Assembly (NCBI GenBank): GCA_965198115.1 | Contig: OZ240241.1 | Span: 5,024,001-5,088,000, forward strand | Direction: 5' to 3' | From: Candidatus Latescibacterota bacterium | GTDB taxonomy: Bacteria; Latescibacterota; UBA2968 | Length of the DNA stretch: 64,000 bases | Position numbers and translations under genes: made by a program | Shown here: piece after piece, positions 18,793 to 28,724 of the stretch | Position numbering within the stretch: position 1 is the stretch's first letter | How the letters are laid out: every line of letters begins with the position of its first letter | Notes under the pieces: generated by a model | Told to the model about the DNA's origin: nothing | The model's database searches: none | Seen by the model: only the letters and a program-made list of their open reading frames with translations

Positions 18793-20688
18793 CATTGAAG
18801 ATAGAATATGTGAGAATAGATAATTGAGTCGGCTAACCGACCGCCTTTCAATTCCCCACGTGTTCTATTTTCAATTTTCACATCTTCTGTGTCACCCTCG
18901 CTCGCATCGGACGACATGAATCCTCAACCATTGCTGCTCCCAGATCATCCTGCTCTCGTCTCCCGGGCAGACCTCATCTACCGGCAGCCGGTCGAACACG
19001 GTCGCCAGGGCCATCCCATTGGCAACGGTCGGATGGGCACGATGGTCTGGACGACCCCCGATGCAGTGTGCATGCGGATCAACCGCAATGATGTCTTTTC
19101 CGTCAACGGGAATCACAAAGGGAGTAAAGCAGGACCAGCCGACTACTGGGGTGGATGCGCGAAGATACGCCTTGATGTGGGTGGCGACGTCTTCCGCGAC
19201 CGGGATGGCTTCACCCAGCATCTGTCGCTCTATGAGGCGGAGGAAGTCATCGAGGGAGACAACGTCGTGGTCCGTTGTTTTGTGGCATCCGGGCGTGACG
19301 TTCTGGTCCTGGAGATCGACGACTGCCGACCCGAGCCGCAGGCGTTGCGGGTTGATCTGTCGATGTGGCGCGACCCCATCGTCGTCAATGGGGATCACAC
19401 CGCGAGCTATGCGTTCAACGACCTGCAGGGAGCGGCGGCGGTTGTTCAGCAATTCACCGAGGCGGAATACTACTGCGGTTCGGCGGTGGCGGCTCAGATT
19501 GTCGGTGAGGGGACAGTAGACATCTCGCGCTCGGACAGATGCCAGAGCATGAGCATTTCCGCTGTGTCCGGAAAGCGCCTGATTCTGGTATCGAGCGCCG
19601 CCTCGTGGGATGCCGATGATGACCTGCTGGCTACGACGGGAGTATTGCTGAACGAAGCTGTGAGTCAGACCTACACCGATCTCCGGGCCGCCCACGCATC
19701 CTGGTGGGCCGAGCTCTGGTCGCGAACCTTCGTCCACCTGACGAGTGATGACGGCGTGGCGGATTTCATGCAGTGCGTGCGCACTCTGCAGCTCTACTAC
19801 ATGGCCAGCAGTTCGCGCGGCCGCTTGCCAGCCAAGTGGAATGGCTCGCTCTTTCTCACCGAAGGCGACACGACGTATTGGGGTTCGCAGTTCTGGGTCT
19901 GGACAACGCAGATATCCTACTACCCACTGCATGCCGCTGATGCCGTCGAGCTGACCAACCCCTTTTTCAACATGTATGTGAACCAGTTGCCGAATGCCGT
20001 GCGTGCAGGTGAGCAGCGGACGGGGGCTCCCGGAGCGTATATCCTCGAAAGCGGACAGTTCGATGGTCCGGTCGTCTTGCCCGACGATGTCGCGGCCGAA
20101 TACCGGGATGTCTGGCTGGGGAGGAAACCGAGCTCCGAGCTGTCTCCCAAAGCGGCGACCTATGGCACCTTCGACGGCGGTCTGCTCGCTCTGGATACGA
20201 GTCGCTTCGAGGATCGCAAGGGGTTCCCCCAGCAGGCTGTCGGTCGGTATTCATGGGTCAGCCATATCGCCACGTCTGGATGCAAGATTGCAAAACATGC
20301 CTGGTGGCGGTATCGCTACACGGGTGATCGGCAATGGTTGCGATCTCGTGCGTATCCACTGTTGCGCGAGACGCTGGAATTCTACCGGGGGTTGGCCAGG
20401 AAAGAGGAAGATGGCACTTACCATCTCTACGGTCTGAATCAGTTCGAAGGAAGCTGGGGAACTGACGACGGGCTCCTGGATTTGACGGCCATTCGCGGCA
20501 CCGCCCCATTGGCTATCAAGGCAGCTGAGATTCTGGATGTTGATGCCGACCTCCGAGCTGCATGGGCGGAGTTTCTCGACAACCTGGCGCCCTATCCGAT
20601 GGGGAGTGACCCGGAGAGTCACAATGCTGTGGCGCCGGATCTCTGGTCCCTTGGTCACGTTGGCGCCATCGGTCATCCAAGGAAAAAA

Positions 20689-22108
20689 GGCTATATCCGG
20701 ATCTCTCAACGAGATGAAGTGGGTGAAGGTGCCGTGGTTCCTGGCATGGGGGCGCGGTTAGAGTGTGCGGAACCTCTTCGGAATCTGCTCAGGGATGTTT
20801 ATGTCTCCGACGGTAAGGAAGATCATATCGTTGAATGCGTCGAGTGTGCGGAATCCGCTGGCTCGGTTCTTGACGATTTGGACGATTCGGTTGAGGCCTT
20901 CGGCGATGGCGTTGGTAAGACGCGTGTTCACGAATGCGAGGACGCCGAAGAAGTGCTGTCGCAGGGTCCTGACGAACTTTCGCAGGGGTTCAAGTCGACT
21001 TCTGAGTGCGGACGTCGTCCAGCATTTCAGGAAGCGTTCGGCAGCCCAGGGCGCTTTGTATTCCCAGAACTGCTCGAACTCGTCCTTGAGTCTCCAGGCT
21101 CTATAGATTCGGTAGTTCGCCTTCTCCAGTGCTTTGAGTGTCCGAGTATCCCCTCTGGAGCGTGTCGCTGAGTGCCGGTAGAGGAGCCATCGGAGGCCCT
21201 TCATGGCTTTGCGCTCATCCGGGGCAGCTTTACGCCACTGGTCCTTACGGACCTCGTCAACGGCGGCATTGAGAGCCTTGACGATGTGAAAGCGATCGAG
21301 GACCAGCTTGGCATTCGGACAGTGTTCCTGGATGGCTCCGATGTAAGCTTCGCTCATGTCGCAGCAGGCCCACTCGATCTTGGATCTCCGGTAGGGACTG
21401 AGAGCCTCTGTGAAGAACCGATCGATCGTTTTACGCGCCCTGCCGCGGCCAACCCACACCACGCAGGAGCGGTCCAGATCGTAAACGAGCGTGGCGTACC
21501 TGTGACGCTTGGCGTAGGAGATCTCGTCGATCCCGATGGTTTTGAGCCCTCGGATACGATGACCTTCACGAAGCCGCGTGATGGATCGGTGAAGGAGATC
21601 CGACAGCGTCGAGGCAGAGATGCGCAGTAACTCGGACGCCGCCTTCTGCGTCATGGTCTGGCAGTAGCGCAGCATGGCATACTCGAAGCGATACGTCACC
21701 CGAGAGAACCGCTCCGCCCACGGAATCTCCTCGACCACACGACCGTGGGTAGGACACCGAATCTCCCGAGGATGGTAGAGAAGCCAGACCCTCCACCCGC
21801 ACACCGGAATGTCACGCCACCGACGCGGATGGGGCATTGTGCGGACGATTTTACCTCGACGGCCGCACTCCGGACAACAACAACCATTCTTATGTGGCTT
21901 TACGGCGATGACGAAACAGCTTCTCCCCTCAAACCACCAGCTGACAACACGGAACCCCTTGAATCTCAGCAGTTTCGATAGTAATCTGCTCCCGGTCATA
22001 GGTCGCACCCCCTTCGCTTTGATTGTCCTACACACACAACCAAGCGTAGGGAACGATCTATGACCTTGTCATTCTATAGTTTCACCGTTGAGAAACCCGG
22101 ATAGAGCC
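20689..22108 (-). mobile_element. ISL3-family element, copy 1 (1420 bp)
   Basis: IRs GGCTATATCCGGATCTCTCAACG / CGTTGAGAAACCCGGATAGAGCC; TSD GGAAAAAA (right copy one A short). Confidence 0.95.
20758..21999 (-). CDS. ISL3-family transposase
   Basis: CPECG zinc finger, GIDE, CDMS, DRFH and TNAIAEGLN motifs. Confidence 0.95.
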   Translation of the reverse strand: MTGSRLLSKLLRFKGFRVVSWWFEGRSCFVIAVKPHKNGCCCPECGRRGKIVRTMPHPRRWRDIPVCGWRVWLLYHPREIRCPTHGRVVEEIPWAERFSRVTYRFEYAMLRYCQTMTQKAASELLRISASTLSDLLHRSITRLREGHRIRGLKTIGIDEISYAKRHRYATLVYDLDRSCVVWVGRGRARKTIDRFFTEALSPYRRSKIEWACCDMSEAYIGAIQEHCPNAKLVLDRFHIVKALNAAVDEVRKDQWRKAAPDERKAMKGLRWLLYRHSATRSRGDTRTLKALEKANYRIYRAWRLKDEFEQFWEYKAPWAAERFLKCWTTSALRSRLEPLRKFVRTLRQHFFGVLAFVNTRLTNAIAEGLNRIVQIVKNRASGFRTLDAFNDMIFLTVGDINIPEQIPKRFRTL

Positions 22109-23206
22109 GGAAAAAGACCGCCCCCACGAAGAGAGCCTCTTTGGCGTTTTTCCGTTCGAGATCTGGACCCTCGAGTCGAGCGACCCCGAAACTGAGCACA
22201 TCGTCCGCGCCCTTGCTGAGCTCAACTCGCTCCGCGCCGATCTCGTCGCCGGACGGATGTGGGGCCTCACGAGCGCCGGCCGCACACCGATCATGGGATC
22301 GAGACTGGGACGCGGCAAGGAGCTGCCGGCCATGCTGGCAGCCTACTATGCGACGTTCAATCAGGAAGGCGGCCCCCTGCCGAATGGATTCAGTCAGTTC
22401 GAAGGGGTCACCGATCCATCCATCGAACATCTGGGCTGCATTAGCATGGCGCTCAACGAGGCCCTGGTCCAGAGCGTGTCCGCCAGTCCCGGAGAGCCGG
22501 AGGTGATCCGCCTGTTTCCAGCCTGGCCGCAGGCGTGGAACGCGGCGCTTCGCCTTCTTGTCCGCGGCGGTTTTCTCGTCAGCGCCTCAATCCAGAGCGG
22601 CCGCCTCGAGTTCGTCGAAATCGAATCGAGGCTGGGCGAGCCGTGCCGCGTGCGGAATCCGTGGGGCACACCGTGCCAGGTTCGGGACGGAGATGGATCG
22701 TCGCAGCGCCTCGTCGGCGACATCCTGCTCTTCGATACAACGCCTGGGGCGCGCTACCTCCTGCTGCCGGAAGGGGCGGAGACTCCCGCACCGCGCCAGA
22801 TCACCGCCGAGCCGACGACGGGCCCCGTCTCTTTCGAGTTCGCCCTTCCTGGCGGAACCACCGCGGGCGGCACGCTCGGTCGACCGTGAGCTTTGCTGGT
22901 ACCAGGTCGAGTCCTTCATTCTCGGTGCCGAAGTTACAGTCAACGATTAATCTGCAGAACGCTCTGCGGCTCAGGCGCACGTTTGACACAGTTCACGTGA
23001 GCCACCAGTGGTAAATGTTGGTTTTGTGCTTCTCGTATGCGTGAGATGCCTGAATCAACAGTCGCTCGGGCACCCGCCCGTCCGGGTCGTGGACAAGCAC
23101 GTTGTTTGAGTACGCTCCGGCGCCCGCCGTCCGCATCTGAAGGTACCGCCCTTCATCCCAGTGGATGCCGTCCTGCGAGGCGTAGAGAACGAAGTGCCCT
23201 TTAATT

Positions 23207-24626
23207 GGCTCTATCCGGGTTTCTCAACGGTGAAACTATAGAATGACAAGGTCATAGATCGTTCCCTACGCTTGGTTGTGTGTGTAGGACAATCAAAGCG
23301 AAGGGGGTGCGACCTATGACCGGGAGCAGATTACTATCGAAACTGCTGAGATTCAAGGGGTTCCGTGTTGTCAGCTGGTGGTTTGAGGGGAGAAGCTGCT
23401 TCGTCATCGCCGTAAAGCCACATAAGAATGGTTGTTGTTGTCCGGAGTGCGGCCGTCGAGGTAAAATCGTCCGCACAATGCCCCATCCGCGTCGGTGGCG
23501 TGACATTCCGGTGTGCGGGTGGAGGGTCTGGCTTCTCTACCATCCTCGGGAGATTCGGTGTCCTACCCACGGTCGTGTGGTCGAGGAGATTCCGTGGGCG
23601 GAGCGGTTCTCTCGGGTGACGTATCGCTTCGAGTATGCCATGCTGCGCTACTGCCAGACCATGACGCAGAAGGCGGCGTCCGAGTTACTGCGCATCTCTG
23701 CCTCGACGCTGTCGGATCTCCTTCACCGATCCATCACGCGGCTTCGTGAAGGTCATCGTATCCGAGGGCTCAAAACCATCGGGATCGACGAGATCTCCTA
23801 CGCCAAGCGTCACAGGTACGCCACGCTCGTTTACGATCTGGACCGCTCCTGCGTGGTGTGGGTTGGCCGCGGCAGGGCGCGTAAAACGATCGATCGGTTC
23901 TTCACAGAGGCTCTCAGTCCCTACCGGAGATCCAAGATCGAGTGGGCCTGCTGCGACATGAGCGAAGCTTACATCGGAGCCATCCAGGAACACTGTCCGA
24001 ATGCCAAGCTGGTCCTCGATCGCTTTCACATCGTCAAGGCTCTCAATGCCGCCGTTGACGAGGTCCGTAAGGACCAGTGGCGTGAAGCTGCCCCGGATGA
24101 GCGCAAAGCCATGAAGGGCCTCCGATGGCTCCTCTACCGGCACTCAGCGACACGCTCCAGAGGGGATACTCGGACACTCAAAGCACTGGAGAAGGCGAAC
24201 TACCGAATCTATAGAGCCTGGAGACTCAAGGACGAGTTCGAGCAGTTCTGGGAATACAAAGCGCCCTGGGCTGCCGAACGCTTCCTGAAATGCTGGACGA
24301 CGTCCGCACTCAGAAGTCGACTTGAACCCCTGCGAAAGTTCGTCAGGACCCTGCGACAGCACTTCTTCGGCGTCCTCGCATTCGTGAACACGCGTCTTAC
24401 CAACGCCATCGCCGAAGGCCTCAACCGAATCGTCCAAATCGTCAAGAACCGAGCCAGCGGATTCCGCACACTCGACGCATTCAACGATATGATCTTCCTT
24501 ACCGTCGGAGACATAAACATCCCTGAGCAGATTCCGAAGAGGTTCCGCACACGCTAACCGCGCCCCCATGCCAGGAACCACGGCACCTTCACCCACTTCA
24601 GCTCGTTGAGAGATCCGGATATAGCC
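23207..24626 (+). mobile_element. ISL3-family element, copy 2 (1420 bp), TSD CTTTAATT
   Basis: Same IRs as copy 1; CTTTAATT at 23199-23206 and 24627-24634. Confidence 0.95.
23316..24557 (+). CDS. ISL3-family transposase
   Basis: Near-identical to copy 1. Confidence 0.95.
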   Translation: MTGSRLLSKLLRFKGFRVVSWWFEGRSCFVIAVKPHKNGCCCPECGRRGKIVRTMPHPRRWRDIPVCGWRVWLLYHPREIRCPTHGRVVEEIPWAERFSRVTYRFEYAMLRYCQTMTQKAASELLRISASTLSDLLHRSITRLREGHRIRGLKTIGIDEISYAKRHRYATLVYDLDRSCVVWVGRGRARKTIDRFFTEALSPYRRSKIEWACCDMSEAYIGAIQEHCPNAKLVLDRFHIVKALNAAVDEVRKDQWREAAPDERKAMKGLRWLLYRHSATRSRGDTRTLKALEKANYRIYRAWRLKDEFEQFWEYKAPWAAERFLKCWTTSALRSRLEPLRKFVRTLRQHFFGVLAFVNTRLTNAIAEGLNRIVQIVKNRASGFRTLDAFNDMIFLTVGDINIPEQIPKRFRTR

Positions 24627-24777
24627 CTTTAATTTCGTCTTCTCCCTTGCTGCCGCTACGCCCGTGCATCACGAAGCCGTCCTTGAACGCGGCCATCTGC
24701 GGATTGCGGATCTGTTTGGCAAAAAACGCCGTTTGCGACTTACCCCAAGTCTGTCCGGCATCACGGCTGATCACATA

Positions 24778-26071
24778 GGGTTTGCCACGAAATAAGTGCT
24801 GCACTTTTCAAGGTAATGATCTTACGCTCGGAGTGTGGACGTCGAAACTCTCCGAACGAAGTATGAAGCCTTGGCTCCGGTGCTGACGGAACGCACGCGT
24901 CGTCTGTGGGCCGCCACGGAAGCCGAAGCGTTGGGTCACGGTGGGATCGCGATTGTGGCTCTGGCGACAGGAATGTCCAGAGAGCGGATCTTTCGTGGCA
25001 TTCAGGAGTTGAGGTCGGACGAACCTTTGAACCCGGCTCGCATCCGGCGTCCAGGCGGCGGTCGTAAGCGGAAGGCCGACACGGACCCGACGCTGTGGCA
25101 GGACCTGAATGATCTGGTCGAGCCAACGACTGCGGGGTCGCCTGACGACAATCCTCTGAGATGGACATCGAAGAGCACTCGCAAACTGGCCGCCGAGTTG
25201 CAAGCGATGGGGCATTCGGTGAGCCCCAGGATCGTTGCCAATCTCCTGCACGAACACGATTACACGCTGCAGGCGAATCGGAAGACAAGGGAGGGATCTG
25301 CACACCCGGATCGGGACGCTCAGTTCGTTTACCTCGATGATCGGATTAGCCAGCAGCAGCAGCAGGGCCTTCCCGTTATCTCGGTGGACACCAAGAAGAA
25401 AGAGTTGATCGGCGACTTCAAGAATCCTGGCCGAGAATGGCGACCCAAGGGAGACCCGGAGCGTGTGAAGGTACACGATTTCATAGTGCCTGCTCAGGGC
25501 AAGGCGATCCCTTATGGAGTGTATGATCTGAGCCGTGATGAAGGCTGGGTAAGTGTCGGTATCGATCACGACACGGCCAGCTTCGCCGTGAATGCGATCC
25601 GAAGTTGGTGGAAGAACATGGGACGGCCCGCCTACGGCACTTCGACGCATCTGCTAATCACGGCGGACGCAGGCGGCAGCAACGGCGCCAAGACGCGGCT
25701 GTGGAAGTGGGAGCTGCAGCGCTTTGCGAATCGCACTGGCCTGACGATCACCGTATGCCACTACCCTCCTGGCACTAGTAAGTGGAACAAGATCGAACAT
25801 CGCCTGTTCTCCTTCATCGCTATGAACTGGCAAGGCAAGCCCCTGGTCAGCCTGGCTGCAACCGTGAATCTCATTGCCGGAACGACCACTCAAGCCGGTC
25901 TCCGAGTACGCTCCGAGATCGACAAGCGACCCTACCCTAACGGGGTCAAGGTGACCGATGAACAGATGACCCAAATCGATCTCACTCCGCACGATTTCCA
26001 CGGCGACTGGAACTACACGATCCGGCCAATGGCTCAACATTGAGATCGACCGTTTATTTATTCGCGAACCC
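24778..26071 (+). mobile_element. ISAzo13-family element with 3-bp TSD ATA
   Basis: 18-bp imperfect IRs GGGTTTGCCACGAAATAA / TTATTTATTCGCGAACCC; ATA on both flanks. Confidence 0.9.
24835..26043 (+). CDS. ISAzo13-family transposase
   Basis: RRPGGGRK, LRWTSKS, SVDTKKKE, ADAGGSN and PPGTSKWNKIEHRLF motifs. Confidence 0.95.
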   Translation: MDVETLRTKYEALAPVLTERTRRLWAATEAEALGHGGIAIVALATGMSRERIFRGIQELRSDEPLNPARIRRPGGGRKRKADTDPTLWQDLNDLVEPTTAGSPDDNPLRWTSKSTRKLAAELQAMGHSVSPRIVANLLHEHDYTLQANRKTREGSAHPDRDAQFVYLDDRISQQQQQGLPVISVDTKKKELIGDFKNPGREWRPKGDPERVKVHDFIVPAQGKAIPYGVYDLSRDEGWVSVGIDHDTASFAVNAIRSWWKNMGRPAYGTSTHLLITADAGGSNGAKTRLWKWELQRFANRTGLTITVCHYPPGTSKWNKIEHRLFSFIAMNWQGKPLVSLAATVNLIAGTTTQAGLRVRSEIDKRPYPNGVKVTDEQMTQIDLTPHDFHGDWNYTIRPMAQH

Positions 26072-27184
26072 ATAGTCGAGGTTCTTCTCATCGGTCTGGT
26101 TATAGACATAGGCGATCAGTCCGGTGTCCGGAAGAAACGCCAGTGCGCCATATCCGCGTTGCATGAACTCGAACGGCAGCACGCTGCGACGGCAAAAAGT
26201 AGAGCCCTGGTCCTCGCTGACGTAGAGAGAATAATGGTGCTCAGGAAGATTGCCGTACCAGGCTATGCTGCTGTCGTTACATAGCTCGAACACGTAGACG
26301 ACGCCTTGGTGATACAGGACATCCCAGATACGCCCGGGCTCGTCGCCCACGGGCTTCGCGTCCTCCCAGGTGCTGCCGCCGTCCGAGCTGCGCAGGACGG
26401 TCGGTACCGCCAGCGGCTGCCAGCTGCTGAAGTTCTTCACCACGATGTTCCCGCACTCCAGGCAAACCAGAAGAATGTCGCCATCGTTCGTGCATACCGC
26501 CTTCTCGCACATCACGGAGCGGTCCGTGCCGGCTTCGTACACCCGCTTGGAGTAATCGAGCGGAGCTGGTTTGCTCCAAGTGCGACCGCTGTCCTCGGAG
26601 CGCTTGTATTCCATCCACCCGTCTCCGGTATGGCCGTCGTTCACATCCGAGCAGTTTGGGTAGAAGGCCAGTATCTTCCCTGGCGCGTGTTCGACAAGGC
26701 ATGCCCCAAATGCCCACTGCGCCCCGCCTTCGAGTGATCCACGAAAAGTATGCCGTCGTTTGGTGGGCTCGGCGGACTAATGTCGAAGGGATATGCGTCG
26801 GTGTTCTTGGTATTCATCGCGTATTCGCTTTCCTGGTAGTTCGCTTGTCTGCGAACGGATCAAAGTCTCCGCCATGCGCCAACTTCCAATTAGAGAGTTC
26901 AGTCTATCAAACACGACACGGCAGCGCCCGTCAGTGTATCTATCGACTCCAAGCGCTGCAGTCGATTCTCTCCCAGACCACTGTCCCCGCAGCACTGGAC
27001 TTCCAGAGCCTGTTATGCAGTATATCTCCCGAAGCAAGCCGAGTTCTCAGGATTGCAGTCTGCCAATTATCCACAATCTGCCCAGTCGCTGGAAAGGTGT
27101 CAAAATATACGCCGATGCCTGGATTCACGGCTGTATCAGGACATCGACAGGGCTCCTGACCAGTATCTGGCAAACAGGCTGCCG

Positions 27185-27281
27185 CACCCTCCGCCACCGG
27201 TCCTCCCACTTTCGCTAAAGCTTCGGCGGACGAGCACGCAGCTTCGGCGGGCAGGCCGTAGCAGCGCTACTGCGGAGGGTG
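27185..27281. repeat. REP-like palindromic intergenic element
   Basis: Inverted repeat CACCCTCCGC/GCGGAGGGTG enclosing direct repeats AGCTTCGGCGG (27219, 27240). Confidence 0.55.
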
Positions 27282-27294
27282 GACGCCTGAACCA

Positions 27295-28566
27295 GTGCCA
27301 TTACCCGAGCCAGATTTCGATCCACCTTTCAACTCGCCGGCTCATGACGCGTGGAAAGACGACATGACAGACTACGAGCAGCACATTCGGGCCAGGGCCT
27401 GTTCGCGAGAAGAGATCGATCACTTTCTCGACCCCGACAAGCTGTCGGTCTACCAGTTCGATCCGGAGGTCGGGTACATCCTCTGCAACTACCCGCGTAA
27501 AGAGGGCGTCGACGGCAGCTCGACCATCCTCACCACGCAACAGAACGGCCGCCGCAACGGAATCCTCTACGGCGACCGGCCCCGACGCATCAACACCTAC
27601 GGCAACAGCTATACGCAATGCGCCCAGGTCAACGACCAGGAGACCTGGCAGGAGGTCCTGGCCGCCCACCTCGGCGAGCCTGTGGGCAACTACGGCGTCG
27701 GCGGCTTCGGCGTTTACCAGGCCTATCGCCGGATGCTCCGCGCCGAGGCCAGCGACGAGGGCGCCGAGTACGTCATCCTCTTCATCTATGGCGACGACCA
27801 CAACCGGAGCTGCTTTCGCTGCCGCCGGGCCAGCTACTCCGTCGACAATCCTGCTGACCCCGTCAACTTCGAAGGCACGTTCTGGGCACACGTGGAAATG
27901 GACCTGGAGCAGGGCTGCCTCGTCGAAAAGGAAGCGCTGCTGCCGACCCCCGAATCCCTCTACAACATGACCGATCCCGATTTCATGTACGAGGCCCTGA
28001 AGGATGATCTCATGCTGCAGATGAGGCTTTACTGCAGCGAATCGACCCCCAGCGTCCGGGACATCGATCAGGAGCCGTTGCGTCCCCTGGCGGAGGTCCT
28101 CGGCGTTTCTCCCGACGTTCCGGATGATCCCGACGGAGAAGCTCGGTGGGTCCGCCCTCTCTACAACGCCTACGGCTTTGCCGCCACCCGCTACATCATC
28201 GAGCGCACCCGCCAATTTATCGAGGGACGGAACAAGAAGTTGATGATCGCCCTCTACTGCCTGACGGCTGCCCGGCAGCTCATCGCCGACGGCGAGCGCT
28301 ACGACCAACCCATTGTCGATTATCTACGGGACGAGCAGATCCGCCACTTCGACATGAATCTGGTTCACGTCGAGGACTACACGTGCTTCGATCTGTCGGT
28401 GGATGACTACTTCAAACGTTACCACGTCGGGCACTACAACCCGACAGGCAACCACTTCTTCGCCCACTCGATCAAACACCCCGTCATCGAGTGGCTCACG
28501 CCCAAGCCGCTTCCCTACCGCCACGACGACGACGTTCTGGCCGATTTTCGCGATTATCTGCCTTGA
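27295..28566 (+). CDS. Hypothetical protein with SGNH/GDSL-hydrolase-like motifs
   Basis: YGNSYT (block I-like), NYGVGGFG (block II) and GHYNPTGN (block V-like). Confidence 0.65.
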   Translation: MPLPEPDFDPPFNSPAHDAWKDDMTDYEQHIRARACSREEIDHFLDPDKLSVYQFDPEVGYILCNYPRKEGVDGSSTILTTQQNGRRNGILYGDRPRRINTYGNSYTQCAQVNDQETWQEVLAAHLGEPVGNYGVGGFGVYQAYRRMLRAEASDEGAEYVILFIYGDDHNRSCFRCRRASYSVDNPADPVNFEGTFWAHVEMDLEQGCLVEKEALLPTPESLYNMTDPDFMYEALKDDLMLQMRLYCSESTPSVRDIDQEPLRPLAEVLGVSPDVPDDPDGEARWVRPLYNAYGFAATRYIIERTRQFIEGRNKKLMIALYCLTAARQLIADGERYDQPIVDYLRDEQIRHFDMNLVHVEDYTCFDLSVDDYFKRYHVGHYNPTGNHFFAHSIKHPVIEWLTPKPLPYRHDDDVLADFRDYLP

Positions 28567-28724
28567 CGGAATCGAACCTGCGTCCCAGGGGTTGGTGGGT
28601 CGACATCCTTGAGGTCTTCTTCTCCCGACCTCCGCGAATGGGAAGCCCGATCTTCCAGGAGGTTGAGAATCGTGAGACATCGGCTCCTTTGCCGCCATAG
28701 AGGGTGACTGTGGGCGTAGACATT

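Larger units (their letters stand above)
18916..22889 (+). pseudogene. GH95-like (alpha-L-fucosidase-like) gene split by ISL3 copy 1 (pieces 18916-20688 and about 22116-22889)
   Basis: PIGNGRMG N-terminus, H..WW..LWSR, IRLFPAWP..W...RGGF C-terminus; the pieces rejoin as ...HPRKKDRPHEESLFGVFPF... Confidence 0.8.
22993..26817 (-). pseudogene. BNR/Asp-box (sialidase-family) gene broken into three pieces by ISAzo13 and ISL3, plus a 1-nt deletion near 26695
   Basis: Asp-boxes SEDSGRTW, SSDGGSTW, SEDQGSTF, SRDAGQTW and SQDGIHW; the pieces rejoin in frame after removing each IS and one TSD. Confidence 0.85.

Noticed and set aside
18889-21171. 760-aa ORF as a genuine protein
   Set aside because: It is the 5' half of the GH95-like gene reading into the antisense strand of ISL3 after 20688.
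20689-24626. Composite transposon formed by inverted ISL3 copies 1 and 2
   Set aside because: Each copy has its own TSD and interrupts a different gene, so the insertions are independent.
28563-28586. tRNA/tmRNA-like T-loop GGTTCGATTCC on the minus strand
   Set aside because: The T-stem does not pair properly, and there is no acceptor stem, CCA or cloverleaf.
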